Below the pieces are notes generated by a model. That model was given only the letters and a program-made list of their open reading frames with translations, did no database searches and had not been told where the DNA came from. From NCBI RefSeq assembly GCF_964194155.1, contig NC_135898.1, forward strand, positions 23,188,001 to 23,252,000: a DNA stretch of 64,000 nucleotides. The letters are read 5' to 3'. Below are positions 1-12,764 of the stretch, in pieces; positions within the stretch are counted from its first letter, which is position 1; each line of letters begins with the position of its first letter. Position numbers and translations under genes: made by a program. The stretch is from Cetorhinus maximus (Eukaryota).

Positions 1-164
1 TGGGATAGCTGCCCCAGGTGGGAACTCTTCATTTCTGGATTTTCAAATCCATGATACGTTGAATAATATGTAATATTCTGGGACTCAAAAAAACTTATAC
101 TTGTGTTTTGCAATTAAAGAATTTTACTGTTGAATGTTAATGCAGTCTTTGCAGCTCTGCTCAA

Positions 165-1000
165 ACCGGCTTTGTGGAATACCTCCGCTTCGTCTGCAAG
201 CACGTCCCCGACCTTCCGGTTGCCTGCCATTTTAATTCACCGCCTTGCTCTCACGCTGACATTTCTGTCGTCGGCCTGCTGCTGTGATCCAGTGAAGTTC
301 AACGCAAGCTTGAGGAACAGCAACTCATTTTCTGATTAGGCACTTTACAGCCTTCTGGACTCGACATCGAGTTCAACAACTTCAGACCATGAACCTTGCC
401 CTCCATTTTGTTTTTTATCTGCCAAGTGCCAGCCTGTATCTTGTTTTCATGTTTCTGCTTTCAGACAGAGTTGGTCTTTATTCTAAAAACAAAAAACTAC
501 TGCGGATGCTGTAAATCCGAAACAAAAACAGAATTACCTGGAAAAACTCAGCAGGTCTGGCAGCATCGGCGGAGAAGAAAAGAGTTGACGTTTCGAGTCC
601 TCAGGGTCGTGAGGACTCGAAACATCAACTCTTTTCTTCTCCGCCGATGCTGCCAGACCTGCTGAGTTTTTCCAGGTAATTCTGTTTTTGTTTTGGTCTT
701 TATTCTGCCATTTACACTCACTCTGGACCAATGCTTTGTTTCTTTCCTGCAACCATTACCGTTCCCTTTGCCTTTTGTTCCAATGACATCTTTGCTATTT
801 AATCTCTCCCACCCTCTACCCTATCAGAGACCTTCCCTTTTGTTCTTCTACCAGTCTCTGCTTTCAACAGCATGAAACCCATCACATTGTTAGCTCCCTT
901 CAGTTCTGAAGAGTCATATTCAGCTCATAATGTTAATTCAGTTTCTCTCTCCAGGGACGCTGCCAGACCTGCTGAGTATTTTCAGCGCTTAGTTTTTATT
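165..1000 (+). mobile_element. Penelope-like element family A 3' fragment (GIY-YIG end plus 3' region), interrupted at 485-693
   Basis: Encodes QRKLEEQQLIF*LGTLQPSGLDIEFNNF, homologous to the 30628-30894 ORF; shared tail gctgccagacctgctgagt. Confidence 0.75.
485..693. mobile_element. Fold-back PLE-terminus insertion: 84-bp inverted arms (520-603 / 610-693), 6-nt loop
   Basis: Arms are reverse complements with one mismatch; flanked by the direct repeat TGGTCTTTATTCT (472-484, 694-706). Confidence 0.88.
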
Positions 1001-1062
1001 TTGTATAAAGCTAGTGTGTTTGATTATTGGCCATGCATTGAGATCTGTTCCTATTTCTCCAG

Positions 1063-1240
1063 GTTGACCATGTTAAAAGCTTGCATTACATTGGTGCTGG
1101 AGTGGCCTTTCCTGCGGGTATGGTTTTTGTCTGCCTACAGTGCATTCTGACGTACAAAGTCGCAATATCACTTCTGGATCACTGGATCGGCCACATCAGG
1201 GTCATCCTCACCATACTGGCCTTAATCTCTCTTGTCCTCA
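1063..1240 (+). CDS. TMEM150A: TMEM150A penultimate coding exon ([31 protein letters not shown]...[10 protein letters not shown])
   Basis: Preceded by tttctccAG and followed by the donor GTATCCTT. Translation matches the recalled human TMEM150A segment [19 protein letters not shown]...ITLVLS (DRAM/TMEM150 family). 178 nt, ends in phase 1. Upstream exons lie outside the window. Confidence 0.93.
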
Positions 1241-1979
1241 GTATCCTTCTGTCCGGTACTCCGTCCAAATATGTATCATTTTTATCAATGATGTGGTAGT
1301 GGGTATAATGTTTGAGTGAGGTGCCTTAACGCCAGTGCTGCTGGGGAGTACGTTGCTTAGGCAAGAGGTTCCCAAGCTGTGGGTCATGACCTCCAATGGG
1401 GCCGTGGGATGGGGAATTGGGGTGGTGAACTCCGAGGCAGGAATGGTGGCTGTGGAGCGAGAACTCAGATGTGTCAGTCCTAGAATCGGTGCCGAGGCCC
1501 CTTCAAATGTGTGCACATGACTTTTTATTTGCCAGTGGGCATGGGCTAATTGAAAGCTCTGAGGGCCCGATCGCTGCTACCAACAGAGCCTGCAAAATGG
1601 GTACGTTTGAGTATTTTGGGTGCCTTTACTCATGTGGTTTGAATCCCCTCCTTCCCCCACCAAGAGCATTTATGGAGACTGGAAAATGAGCCTCAGGAGG
1701 GAGCTTTGTTTTAATTTCTGATTTGTAAAGTAAGGCTAAATTTTCATCTGAATCTGAATTTAAATCTTTGGCAAGTCTCCGAGTTGGCACTCATTTGGCT
1801 TAACATTTGCCATGAGCTGAGTTCCCTACGTGCTGTTGTGGGGAATCTCCAGGCAGGGAATGGTTGACTGTTGCAGGCCACTGGGACTCTGGAAATCATT
1901 GTCAGCTGAGAGTGCTGGGAGTGATTGCTGACCCAGCAACTCACCCGGATGTTGCTGGAGGAAAGAAACAGTGAAGAAT

Positions 1980-2490
1980 CATGGAGTCATTCCGGCACAG
2001 GAGGAGGCAATTCAGTTCATCGAGTCCATGCCAGCTCTCTGTAGAGCAACCCAGTCAGTCCCATAGCCCTGCAAGTTTACTTATTTCAAGTGTCCATCCA
2101 ATTCCCTTTTGAAATCATTCATTGTCTCTGCTTCCATTACCCTTGTAGGCAGTAAGTTACAGCTCATTCCCACTTGCTGTGTTAAAAGAAAGTTCTTCAT
2201 CACATCAGCCCCTGTATCTCTTACCCAAAACCTTAAATCAGTGCCCCCCTAGTGCCTACAACAATCAGCTACTGGGAACAGCTTTTCTTTCTGTACCTTA
2301 TCTAAACCTATCGTACACCTCTATCAAATCTTCCCTGAACCTCCTTTCATCCAAGGAGAACAGTCCCAGCTTCACCAATCTAACCCTGTAGCTAAAATCC
2401 CTGGAGTCATTCTGGTAAATCTGCCCTGTACATTCATCCTTCCTAAAGTGTGGTGACCAGAACTGGACGCAATACTCTAACTGATAACTT
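1980..2490 (-). mobile_element. CR1 LINE 3' fragment
   Basis: QLEYCVQFWSPHFRKD...LGLFSLDERRFREDLIEVY. Confidence 0.85.
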
Positions 2491-4782
2491 AAAAACATTG
2501 TCTCCTTATGCAGAAGACTCTTGCTGAGGCCTGGTTCCATGAGGAGGGGAAGTTGTCCCATACCTCAGTCTAATGACTGTCTGTTATGCGTAAGCAACAG
2601 GGAGTGGCAGTGCGCTGTTTGGTTGCAAGGGTTGCTGGAGTCAAGCTCGCTCCTGTAGATTCTGTCAATATTTCTTAATAGCGATCACAGAATAGTGGAA
2701 AGTCCCTGGCTGATGGTTTGTTTAGACCAGTTGGAATAGTGCCTGCACCACCCCAACCGCACATTTGCCAATTAATTCTGCATTAACAGAAATCGACCCT
2801 GGGATTTTCTGATCTTAGTTGGCTTCGCACTATAGTTTAAGTGAATAAATGCTGTGGCAGGGAATTGTGATCTTGGCTGGTACACAAATGTGCTGTTGTC
2901 CCCTAGAATGTTAATCCTAGTGGATGGTGCTCCCAGCATCGCCTGTGCTGAACTGAAGCAACTCCTTGAATTTGACTGCATTCCCAGGGGGATTTCTGAG
3001 CTGCATTTCAACCCCAGAATTTTAGCTTAGGAAAGCTGACTTTGTAAACGCGAGACACTGATTCTGAGGCACTATCTTTAAATATTAAATCATTATGGAT
3101 GGGAGTTGATTGGAAGCCTGGCTCTCTGACCCATCCTGTCTTGTTGTCAGAGGTTCTTCCATTGGCTGATATGTTCCCCTCTGGTTATGTTGTCTTTGAC
3201 AACGGTAAAGAGTCTTCACTAACTCAATAATGCAAATCTCTAAACCTGGCTCACTCGATAAAGGTAGCATGCCGCTGATTATTACAGACCCAGCTACGAT
3301 TGCTGGTCTGTGTTGCATTGGGGCTAATCTCAGGTCTTTTACAGCACTTAGCAACACCTTAGCTCAGTGAGAGTCAGCACCTTTGAGAGAGATGGGCGAG
3401 AGAATGGGCAAACAACACAAAAGGGAAGCAATGCTTTCTGTTCAGTCAGCAGGAGTGCTGCTCCTTGCTTGAGTGGCCATTACATTGTGCAACAACCTGT
3501 AGCTATGACTCTGGCGTGCATTTTGAAGTGCCATTGTTATGAGGAATTTCCACTTTGTAAGCTAGAAATTCTGTGAAACCAGAGAATGACAAGCTAGTTT
3601 TGCTGAGCTCCCTTCATATCCCACACATGTCCCCACTCTAAAACATTTTTTGCCTAATTAATGTTTGTATAGTTAAAACTGGTAGCACAGGTTTGCCCAG
3701 AGGCACTGCCGCTTCAGCTGTTCTGATTCTGCTACCTTACATTTTTGGATATCATTGGTATTCACTGACTGGGAAATTCCTTGGAGCTTGTTCCCCTTTC
3801 ACTGCCATGACTTCTCCGGAAGTGGAGCGGAAGTCCTGCCTACACATTTAAACGGAGCATCCGCTATGCTTCTGGAAAAGTGACCCCAGCGCAGGTTGGG
3901 CTGATCTGAGGAATTTTCCAGCCACTTTGACAGTGCAAGACAGTTCATTGAAAGGAAAATGATGGCATCCCTCCTTCGGATTGAGGACGTGAGCTGGAGC
4001 AGGATGAATGATCCTCCCCAGGCAGAACCAGAATGGGCTTGAACTCAGGTGGAACAGGGCGACTTGAGTTAAAACGCTAGGCTGATTTGCAGACCCATCC
4101 GTGAGCACTGATGACATTATTTGTTCAGTTGCCAGTTTAAAGTGGTGTCAAAGAAGTAGCAGCACAGAATCCAAGCAGGGCAAGAGAAAGGTTCCTCAAA
4201 GTGGCAGAGCACTAGGCAATGAAGGAACTTTTTAAAGGAGAGCAATTAAACTCATCACGAGGACTTTAATACAGGGATTGAAAAAGACAAGAGATTTCAC
4301 AGAGCCCCAGACTGCAGGCCAAAGAACCTTTTAACAGATTTTAAAAGTAGGGTCACGGGCTGCGATTGATTTATCTCTTGAAGGCAGCAGAGACCCCTGG
4401 GCTTGCGAGCACTTGCAAAAATAAATTGATTCTTTACGGGCCAGACAGAAAACAACTTTATTTTTTCAATCGCATTAAAGGCGTTTAAATTGGGGACCTG
4501 GAATAGTTTCCAGGGGCTGCCTGACATTTGGGGAGAGCGGGGTCAATAATCAGGGGCGTGCTGCAGTGCCGGTAACAGAGAGAAATTATATGGTGGCCAT
4601 TACCTATTAGCGAGTTACAGCTAGCATTCTCCTCACCTCTAACCTCATTCAAGCATCCTCCTCGTGCTCCTATCACGCCTACTCAACCAGTTCACTGACC
4701 CAGCTTCGGAACTTCTGTACTAAGACAACAGATCTAAGCTGGTCTCGTTGTGTGCCAATCTTTTTTTAAAGACATGTTACTT

Positions 4783-5130
4783 GTCAGCCGTGGCTCAGTG
4801 GGTAGCACTCTAGCCTCTGGAGTCACAAGGTTCCAGGTTCAAGTCCTGCTCCAGAGACTTGAGCAGAAAAATCTACACAGGCACTCCAATGCAGTACTGA
4901 GGGAGTGCTGCACTGTCAGAGGTGCCATCTTTCAGATGAGACATTAAACCGAGGTCCCATCTGCCTTCTCGCTGAATGTAAAAGATTCTGTGGCACTATG
5001 TTGAAGATTAGAACTCCTCCACCCCCGGTCTTCTGGTTAATATTCAATCATCATCACTATAAGAGAGGAACTAGTCATTATCACGTTACTGTTTGTGGGA
5101 GCTTACTGTGCACAAAATTGGTTTCTTGCT
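4783..5130 (+). mobile_element. tRNA-derived Deu-domain SINE (SacSINE1/AmnSINE-like)
   Basis: A-box TGGCTCAGTGGGTAG, B-box GGTTCAAGTCC, core GATGAGACATTAAACCGAGGTCCC. Related copies near 28300-28630 (+), 23640-23740 (-) and 57660-58085 (-). Confidence 0.7.
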
Positions 5131-5192
5131 ATTACTTTAGCTGTGTAAATTAATAACTAATTGATGGATTAAATAAATAAGGTTAGGCAGTC

Positions 5193-5870
5193 ATGGCAGG
5201 GATGGTGGTGTGCTGTGACTGCAGCATGTGGGAATCTGTGGAATGCACTGCAATCCTGGACACCTATATCTGCAGTAAGCGCCTGCAGCTTGCGCAACTT
5301 TGGCTCCGAGTTGCTGAGCTGGAGTCGGAGTTGCAGACATTGTGGGGCAGTGCAGAGGGAGAGAGTTACCTGGATGCTTTGTTCCAGGAGGCAGCCACAC
5401 ACCTTAGGTTAGGCAGAACTTTGGAGTTTGTCAATAGCCAAGGGCAGGAGGGTGAGACTTCGAGCCAGGCTGGTGTGGGGAACCAGCACGTAGTGATGGA
5501 GGAGACTCAGCCCCTGACTTTATCCAACAGGCGCGAGGTGCTTGCTACCTGATAATGAGGAGAAGGACTTGCAGGGTGGAGGAGAAAACTGGCCCTGGCA
5601 TCCTGATGTAGTGAGGGTAGTGAAAAGGAATGTGGTAGTGATAGGAGACAGTATAGTTGGGTGAAACTACCCTCTCTACCCCAGAGAGTTGTGGATGCTC
5701 CATGGTTGAATACGTTTTAAGACAGGGATAGACAGATTTTTGATCTCTCAGGGATCTCGGGAGCAGACGGGAAAACAATGTTGAAGCCCAAGATCAGCCA
5801 TGATCATACTGAATAGCAGAACAGGCTCAAAAGGCTGAATGGTGTACCCATGCTCTTCCTCCTTGTGTTC
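5193..5870 (+). mobile_element. CR1 ORF1 fragment (zinc finger/leucine zipper, esterase start) joined to a CR1 3' tail
   Basis: CCDCSMW...ICSK...LRVAELESEL and VVVIGDSIV; CR1 tail AAGATCAGCCATGATC...GGCTGAATGG. Confidence 0.75.
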
Positions 5871-7974
5871 TTGCTGTGTGTGCATGCGTCTTTCGTTTTC
5901 TATGAAAGCATGAGTGTAGAGGGGCAGCGGAAGAACCAGCATTTAGCGTCAGTTCACATTCGACTGCCAAACCTGACAACGCTATGACAGAGCAAGTTGT
6001 TCTTGGTACAGAATACTTGCATTTATATAGCGTCTTTCACACCCTCAGGATGTCACTGAATACTTTGCAGTCAATGGAGTCACTGTTGGAATGTAGGAAC
6101 TGGGGTAGACTGAACTTCCTCCCCTGCTTCTCTTCAAGTAGTAGCAGATCTTTTATCGTCTTATTTTAATAAGATCTTTGCCAATGCCCCCAGGGTTATG
6201 CTGGAGTTTCCAGCAATTAAATATTAATCTCCTAGGCAACCTGGAAGGGAAAGGAAAACATAGCAGCGTGGAAAAATGTTGTTTTAGTGATAAAGATTTT
6301 GGAGAAAGTAGGGGTGGGGACGTTGTTCAACAATGAATGATCATCCAGTCGGGTAGCGCAGGGTCCGATGGCTGCCAGTTGGTGAAAGAAGCTGGGTATA
6401 TGTGTTGGTTGATCCATGGTGGGAGTGGGATCATAATTTCACATCTTTTAAACAGTAAGATAACTGCTTATTAGGAGCGCTGCTGGGTTTTGCAGCTGTT
6501 ATGACTGCAGAGGCTGCAGTACATGATCACCATAACCAGCGCCCCCTCACTCTCAGCAGTACATCCTCCGCAACACAATACAGAAGTTGTTCATGGAAAA
6601 GAAAAATCCTCTTAGCTCAGTAAATCTCTCCAGCCTTTCCTGCAGCCAGAAATGCTGCACGACTATTTATTTAAAGGGAAGAAGATTTGGCATCGGCAGA
6701 GAAAACAATTAATGCAGATCTCTGCACAAGAAAATGACTGCTGCACTCGGGCCCGGGAGTTGCAGGAGAACCCTCACCAAATAAGGCAATGCTCAAGAGC
6801 TGAGTGTTTTCAGAATCTCTGTGTTGGCAGGTTGTTTAAAGCTGCACAACCTTATTTAAATAATCTTATTTCAGTCAAATTTTAAAACCCTATTGCGGGG
6901 GGCGGGGAGTGGTTGAGAGTGGGGAATTGAACTGCTTTAATGTTGAAAATTCATATGTTATGCAACCTAGGAATAAATTGTGATGGTGATATCAATCTTG
7001 CCCGCCTTAACTGTTCAAGGAAAACATTAGGTAGAGTGGGAGATTAGGGGAGGAAGTGTCTGGATTGGACGGTAACCCCTTGGCACATTAAAAACTTTGT
7101 CTCCTCATTCTGCCCTGACTCTGGACTCCCTGGGGAAATCTCAGCCTGTTTCTGTTCAGCCGGGGCAGGGGGCTTCAATCAATATTACTGTGTTAGTGCA
7201 CTTATTTTAGTGTATTGACAACAACTGACAAGAGGGAAAAGCACACAATTAAATATACAAGCCAGCGTTGTGTCATCAGCTTCCTATACTATCAATATTT
7301 CCCTTCACTTTTATTTCTTTCTCCGCTGGAGTACAGTTGCACGAGTGACAGATGCTTTCTGGTATTGTCCTTGGTTCATCCTTTAAGTGTGATCCCTAGA
7401 CAGGGAGCATAGACAGGCAGTTCCACCATAGCCAGTATTCAGCAGTCTAGCCCAATAATGTCCTCATTCCCAATACCCCAACATGCTTTCCTTCCCTAGC
7501 CCAGGGGACTTGTAGCATCCCATCTCAGCTGAGATCACTGAACTTGACACAGACCAATGATCAAAGCTTCTTAAGTCTCTGGGCTGGACCAGCAAGGAAA
7601 TGATTTGATGTAATTTTGTTTTTAAGAATAAATATGTGTAATGTGAGCACTGGGTAAAGGGAGTGTAAAAGTTGGAAATTTGATGTAGAGGGGGATGGAG
7701 GCTTTTTGCCTCCGATACTTACAGTGGTTCACGTAAGCTTGAGGCAGTAACAACTTAAAATTTGTGTCCAGTGTTTTGGTGCTTAGTGCAAGTTAGTGTG
7801 TAGAAATAAAAAAACAACAAACTAAAACATAGATATAAATAATCTATACTGAGATATGGCAGAGCAGAATGGGGTTAGCGTGACCCATAGTGTGCAGAGT
7901 CAGGGAAACCCAACTGAGAATGAGGATCCACAGAAACTAATCCTATTCAACAAGTAAAATGTAAACAGTTGCTT

Positions 7975-8532
7975 AGTAGTACAGAACTTGAATATTGCTG
8001 AAAAGAGAATCGTGTTGCTGAAGATTTTCGTCTTGCACTCCTTGGGACAAATGCAAGAATACCAAATTTCAAACAATCAATAATTTATACTACAGGAAAA
8101 ACGGGTGCTGATTGGTTGACAAGTTGACTCTGGCCGAGGCAACTGAGCAGCACTTGCTGAACTATCCTGAGTGTGCTAATGGCTACACTAACAACCATTT
8201 AAATAATATAATCAGTCGAGCTCATAACATGGCTCCTTTACGCTTGCTAGAAGTGGTATACATTCATATTCAGGGACCTGTTCTCTGCAAACAAAAGGAA
8301 TATATTCAGGCCTTGTGCCTTTTTTGAATTACACAGGAGCCGATGTTCCCCATTGATTTCTCCATGGCAACTCCTCAGCCAATCAGAGTTGACTTGCCAA
8401 CCAATTTGCACCATTTTCTCTTATATAAAAATTGTTGTAATCTTTTGAAATTTAGCATTCTTGCGCTTGTCCTGATGAGTGTAAGACAAAAAGCTTCGGC
8501 AACACATCTCTCTCTTCAGCAAGATTCAAGTA
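7975..8532 (+). mobile_element. Penelope-like element family B with inverted terminal repeat
   Basis: ORF EQHLLNYPECA...LRLLEVVYIHIQGPVLCKQKE (GIY-YIG C-terminus-like). ~7988-8132 is an inverted copy of ~8384-8531; HHR-like CCTGATGAG...AAAAGCTTC near 8470-8500. Confidence 0.72.
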
Positions 8533-8539
8533 CAATGAA

Positions 8540-9650
8540 CCTGCTTTGAGGGCAAGGATAAAGACTGCCTGAAGGACAACCAGAATGTGGACCTTGGAGC
8601 TCAAGACTGTCAAAAATGGGGAAGGGGAGGAGGAGGGAAGTGCAATGTGGTTGTACAGGACTCAATAATCAGGGGGACGGATAGCATCCTTTGTAAGCAA
8701 CATTGAGCTTCCTGCACAGTATGTTACCCACCTAGTGTCAGGTTGAGGGACAAGTTAGGGTATGTGGCCCAAATAAGCATTCTTATGCAAAGGAATAAAT
8801 TGAATGAATTGCAGGCGCAAATTCAACTTGGAGGGTATGACATGAGACATGGCTGCAAGATGGGCAGGACTGGAACTAAATATGCCAAGTTATAAGGTCC
8901 ACAGGAAAGATAGGGGATATGGTAAAGGGAAATAAGCATGAAATCACTTCAATTATGAGATTTTATGGGTATAATTAAGAAAAAGAAAGTGATGTAAGGC
9001 TGTGGTAGTAGTTGTGCAATAGCGCCCATGATAGCAACTCGTAAGTGATAGATTGTATAAATGCAGAGATTGGACAAGCATGTAGCAAAGGCAGATTGGT
9101 TTTAATGGCGGATTTTAACTTTCATATAGATTGGAACAAGCAGACTAGCAAATGTCAGAAAGCTATTAAATTTCTTGAATGTATTTGGGATAATCTTCAG
9201 CAATATTATTTCGTAGAGCCAACAAGGGGCCATGCCATATTTGATTTAGTAATGAACCAGATTTAGTTAACAGCCTAACAGTGCATGAATGTTACCTAAT
9301 AATTATGATCAAGTTCAAAATAGTATTTCAAAGGGAGCAACATAAAACAGCTACTAAGATTCCAGATATTGGTACGGCTGACTTCAATGGGATGAGACCG
9401 AGACTGTCCACAGTAAACTGGGAAAGTCTGTTCATGGGTAAGACGACAGAAGATCAGTGCAAGGTGGTCAAAAAGAAACTTAATATTATACAGAACCAGT
9501 TTATACCACTAAGAAGCAAGAGCTGTCCTTGTCAAAAAAAGGGCCATGGACGACTGAAGAGGTAAGACCCCCAACACACACAACTAAAGGCAAAGCATAC
9601 AAAAATGCAAAAAATAGCACGGATCCTGATAAATGGGAAAGATACCTAGG
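8540..9650 (+). mobile_element. CR1 ORF1/ORF2 endonuclease fragment, decayed
   Basis: LVLMADFNFHIDW...VEPTRGHAIFDLVM APE-endonuclease motifs. Confidence 0.75.
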
Positions 9651-10770
9651 AACAGGAGGAGGCCATTTAGCTCCTCAAGCCTGTTCCACCATTCAGTGAG
9701 GCCAAGGCTAATCTACAACCTAACTTCATATAGCTGCCATTGTCCAATATCCCTTAATGCCTTTGGTCAACAAAAATCTATTAATCTCAGATTTAAAATT
9801 AATAATGGACCTAGCATCAGTTGCCATTTGCAGAAGAGAGTTCCAAAGTTCTACCACGCTTTGTGTGTAGAGGTGTTTCCTAATTTCACTCTGGAAAGGT
9901 CTCTATCTACCCTATCTGTTCCCCTTAATATCTTTAAAACTTGGAACTTCTTAGCCTTCTAAATTCCAGTGAATACAACCTAGTTTGTGTAATTTTCCTT
10001 GTAATTTGAATCTTGGAGGTCCAACGCTGCAATCTCTCCAAGGCCGATATACGCTTCTTAAGAACTGCTCACAGTAACTCCAGATGTGGTCTAACCAAGG
10101 CTTTGTATAACCGAAGCATGACTTTTACCAACTTGTATTCTAATCCTCTAGATATAAAGGCCAGCATTCCATTCGTCTTTCTGATTATTTTCTGTTCATG
10201 ACATTTTAATGACTTATGTACTTGGACCCCAAGTCTCTCTGAGCCTCCTTGTTTTTAATTTTTCACCATTTAGAAAGTACTCTGTTCTATCCATTACGGT
10301 CCAAAATGGATGACCTCACATTTGCCTACATTAAAACTCATCTGTCACAATTTTGACCATTCACTTAATCTATTAATATCTCTTTGTAATTTTCTGCATC
10401 TATTTACACTGCTTACAGTGCTGCCTATCTTTGCGTCATTGGAAAAATTGGATAGGTGGCTTTCTACCCCATCATCTAATCGTTAGTAAATATAGTGAAT
10501 ACTTGAGGCCCTGGCAGAGCTCTAGCAAGACACCACTAGTCACATCCTGCCAATGTTAATCATTATCCCTACTCTGTCTCCTAAAGCCACAATTTCCTAA
10601 CCAGGTCAATAAATTGCTTTTAATTCCACGGGCTTCAGCTTTAACTAATTGTCCCTTATGAGAGACTTTATAAAATGTCTTCAGGAAGTCCACATAAATA
10701 ACATCCGTAGGCATTTCTCTGTCCGCTGCTTTGGTCACTTCTTCAGAAAAATTGAGTCAGGTTCATCAGG
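9650..10770 (-). mobile_element. CR1 RT and 3' end, decayed
   Basis: DVIYVDFLKTFYKVSH RT motif; CR1 tail at the left end. Confidence 0.78.
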
Positions 10771-11479
10771 TGTTCAGAACAGTTCAAAAAAGGCTCTTGG
10801 GAATAAATTCTCATTTTTCTTAGCTGTTACTATTTCAGGTTCCCATGCACTAAACATTCCTCCTTTGACTGACTGGGCACCCAAAAGCCTCGACTTGAAC
10901 TGTTGTGAATGAATCAGGTGAACTAGACACTATTCTTTTGTAACATAGGGGAGCTTGCTAAATAGGAAACTGATCTCGCATCCTGCATCATTGTGGCCTG
11001 CTCCATGGATTCTCAGACAGCACAAACCTACACCTCCCTATTTTCTGGCTCTTTCTGATGCCACATGGCAAAAAATCTGCGTGAGCAGCACAGTTTAAGT
11101 GTACATTGCAGGCAAGTGAACTAAAGTTAGCCTCATCACTCATAGCAGTCACTGACTGACTTAGATACAGTTGCATCTCTCGAGTATCAAGCCAGAATAG
11201 AAAATGTTGGCAACATGTGCCACTTCCATCAGCAGCTGTAACTGAAAAGACTTGGGTGAAGATCACATTCTGATATTGCATTTGGGTAAATTGGCCCCGA
11301 GTGACCTTCTGTCTCTTATCGGACACTGGCTGTGAGCTGCCGTGTGTACCCAGTATTTCCTGTCGCTGGTTTTCTTATTTATCTCAGGCACTGTATAATT
11401 TTGACGGCTCCTGGTAGTGCTGCCAACAGTTTCGAATAATAGCATTTAGTGCTTGGGATTCATGTAGGGAAGTTAAATG

Positions 11480-12330
11480 AAGCTTTCCACATTTATATTT
11501 CCTGTGTGAATTACAGGCTTGTGGAGTGCATCATGCAGGCTTTGTTTTTTGCATCAATGACAAATATCATCTCTGCTGAGTAGGTCTCAAACCAGTCCTT
11601 GTTGTGGATTTACCAAATTATGCTTTTGCAGCTTCGAGATAATTGAGCTTAGGGACCTCCAAGCTTCCGCATCGGCCCTTCCTGGTAAACCTTTGGTGGG
11701 TAGCAGTTATTCTAGCGACAGTGTAAAGTGCTGGTGTTTAGCGTCATTGCTTGTGCAAGGCATATTGTTAAGTGGTGGGCCATCGAGTTTGGAGTTGTGG
11801 AACTTTTGAGGCTGCACCTTCACTCTGCTGCTGACAAGAAAGTGGTCGGTGTCGCAATCTGCGCTGTGGCAGGTCTGGGTGTGGAGATCACAGGACCAAT
11901 CGCGCCTTCTGGTGATGACCAGGTCTGGTTGGTGCCATTGTCCAAAGCTTGGGTGACGCCATGATACTTTATGGAAATGCATTCCCTGGAAGAAGGTGTT
12001 AGCGATGCAGAGTTCATTCGGGCCACAAAGCTCAAGAAGACATTGTCCATTATTGTTGATCTTGCCCACCTCATAACGACAGATGCACATTGGCCATGTC
12101 TGCTCCAACATGTGCATTGAAGTCACCCAGGGTGAACAGCCTTTCACCATTTGGAATGTTCCTCAGAATGTCACCTAGGGAGTCATAGAAATGCTCGTCG
12201 TCTGAGATGCCGGCATACAGAGTTGGTGTGTAGGTGCAGATGATGCTGACTACCCCTCCAGATGATGGCCACAGAGAAATGAGGTGTGCGAGCATTGAAA
12301 ACCCCCACAAATTGAAGAACTGGCAACCAG
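11480..12330 (-). mobile_element. RTE-clade LINE endonuclease fragment
   Basis: TYTPTL...LGDFNAHVG, NNNGQCLLELC, IANTFF, SADCDTDHFLV. Confidence 0.8.
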
Positions 12331-12764
12331 ATGACGTATCAGTGATATAGGTGGTAAACGCTTCCTTAGAGTGAACTTGATTTCAGCCATTACTTGTCTT
12401 AATATTGGGGATGGCTAAGCGATGTTACTCAATTGCACCTTTTTTTTAAACTCCTATCTCTTTACCTAATCTTTCAGGCATGTAATAGGTGGCTTGGTGT
12501 CAAATTTTGTTTAATAATGCTCCTGTGATGTGCCTTGGGATGTTTTACTTACATTAAAGGTGCTATAAAAAAACAAGCTGTTTTGTCAAAATTATGGAGA
12601 AAAATTTGATTAACTGTTGTTGGAGTAGCGTCACTGCCCGTAAATTTTAAGCTTTAATGTATTTTACATATTGAGAAACCCAAGTGAAAGGTTTCCACAG
12701 CCAGGATATCATCATGGTTAGAAAGACAGACTCTTTAAACTGCTGCTACTATACGCTTTCGGTA

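Noticed and set aside
4783-4860. tRNA genes (also ~21530-21600 and ~44060-44135)
   Set aside because: A/B boxes are present but continue into SINE bodies, with no clean cloverleaf or terminator.
5193-5552. 119-aa Cys-rich/coiled-coil ORF as a host gene
   Set aside because: Matches CR1 ORF1 architecture and degenerates into a CR1 tail.
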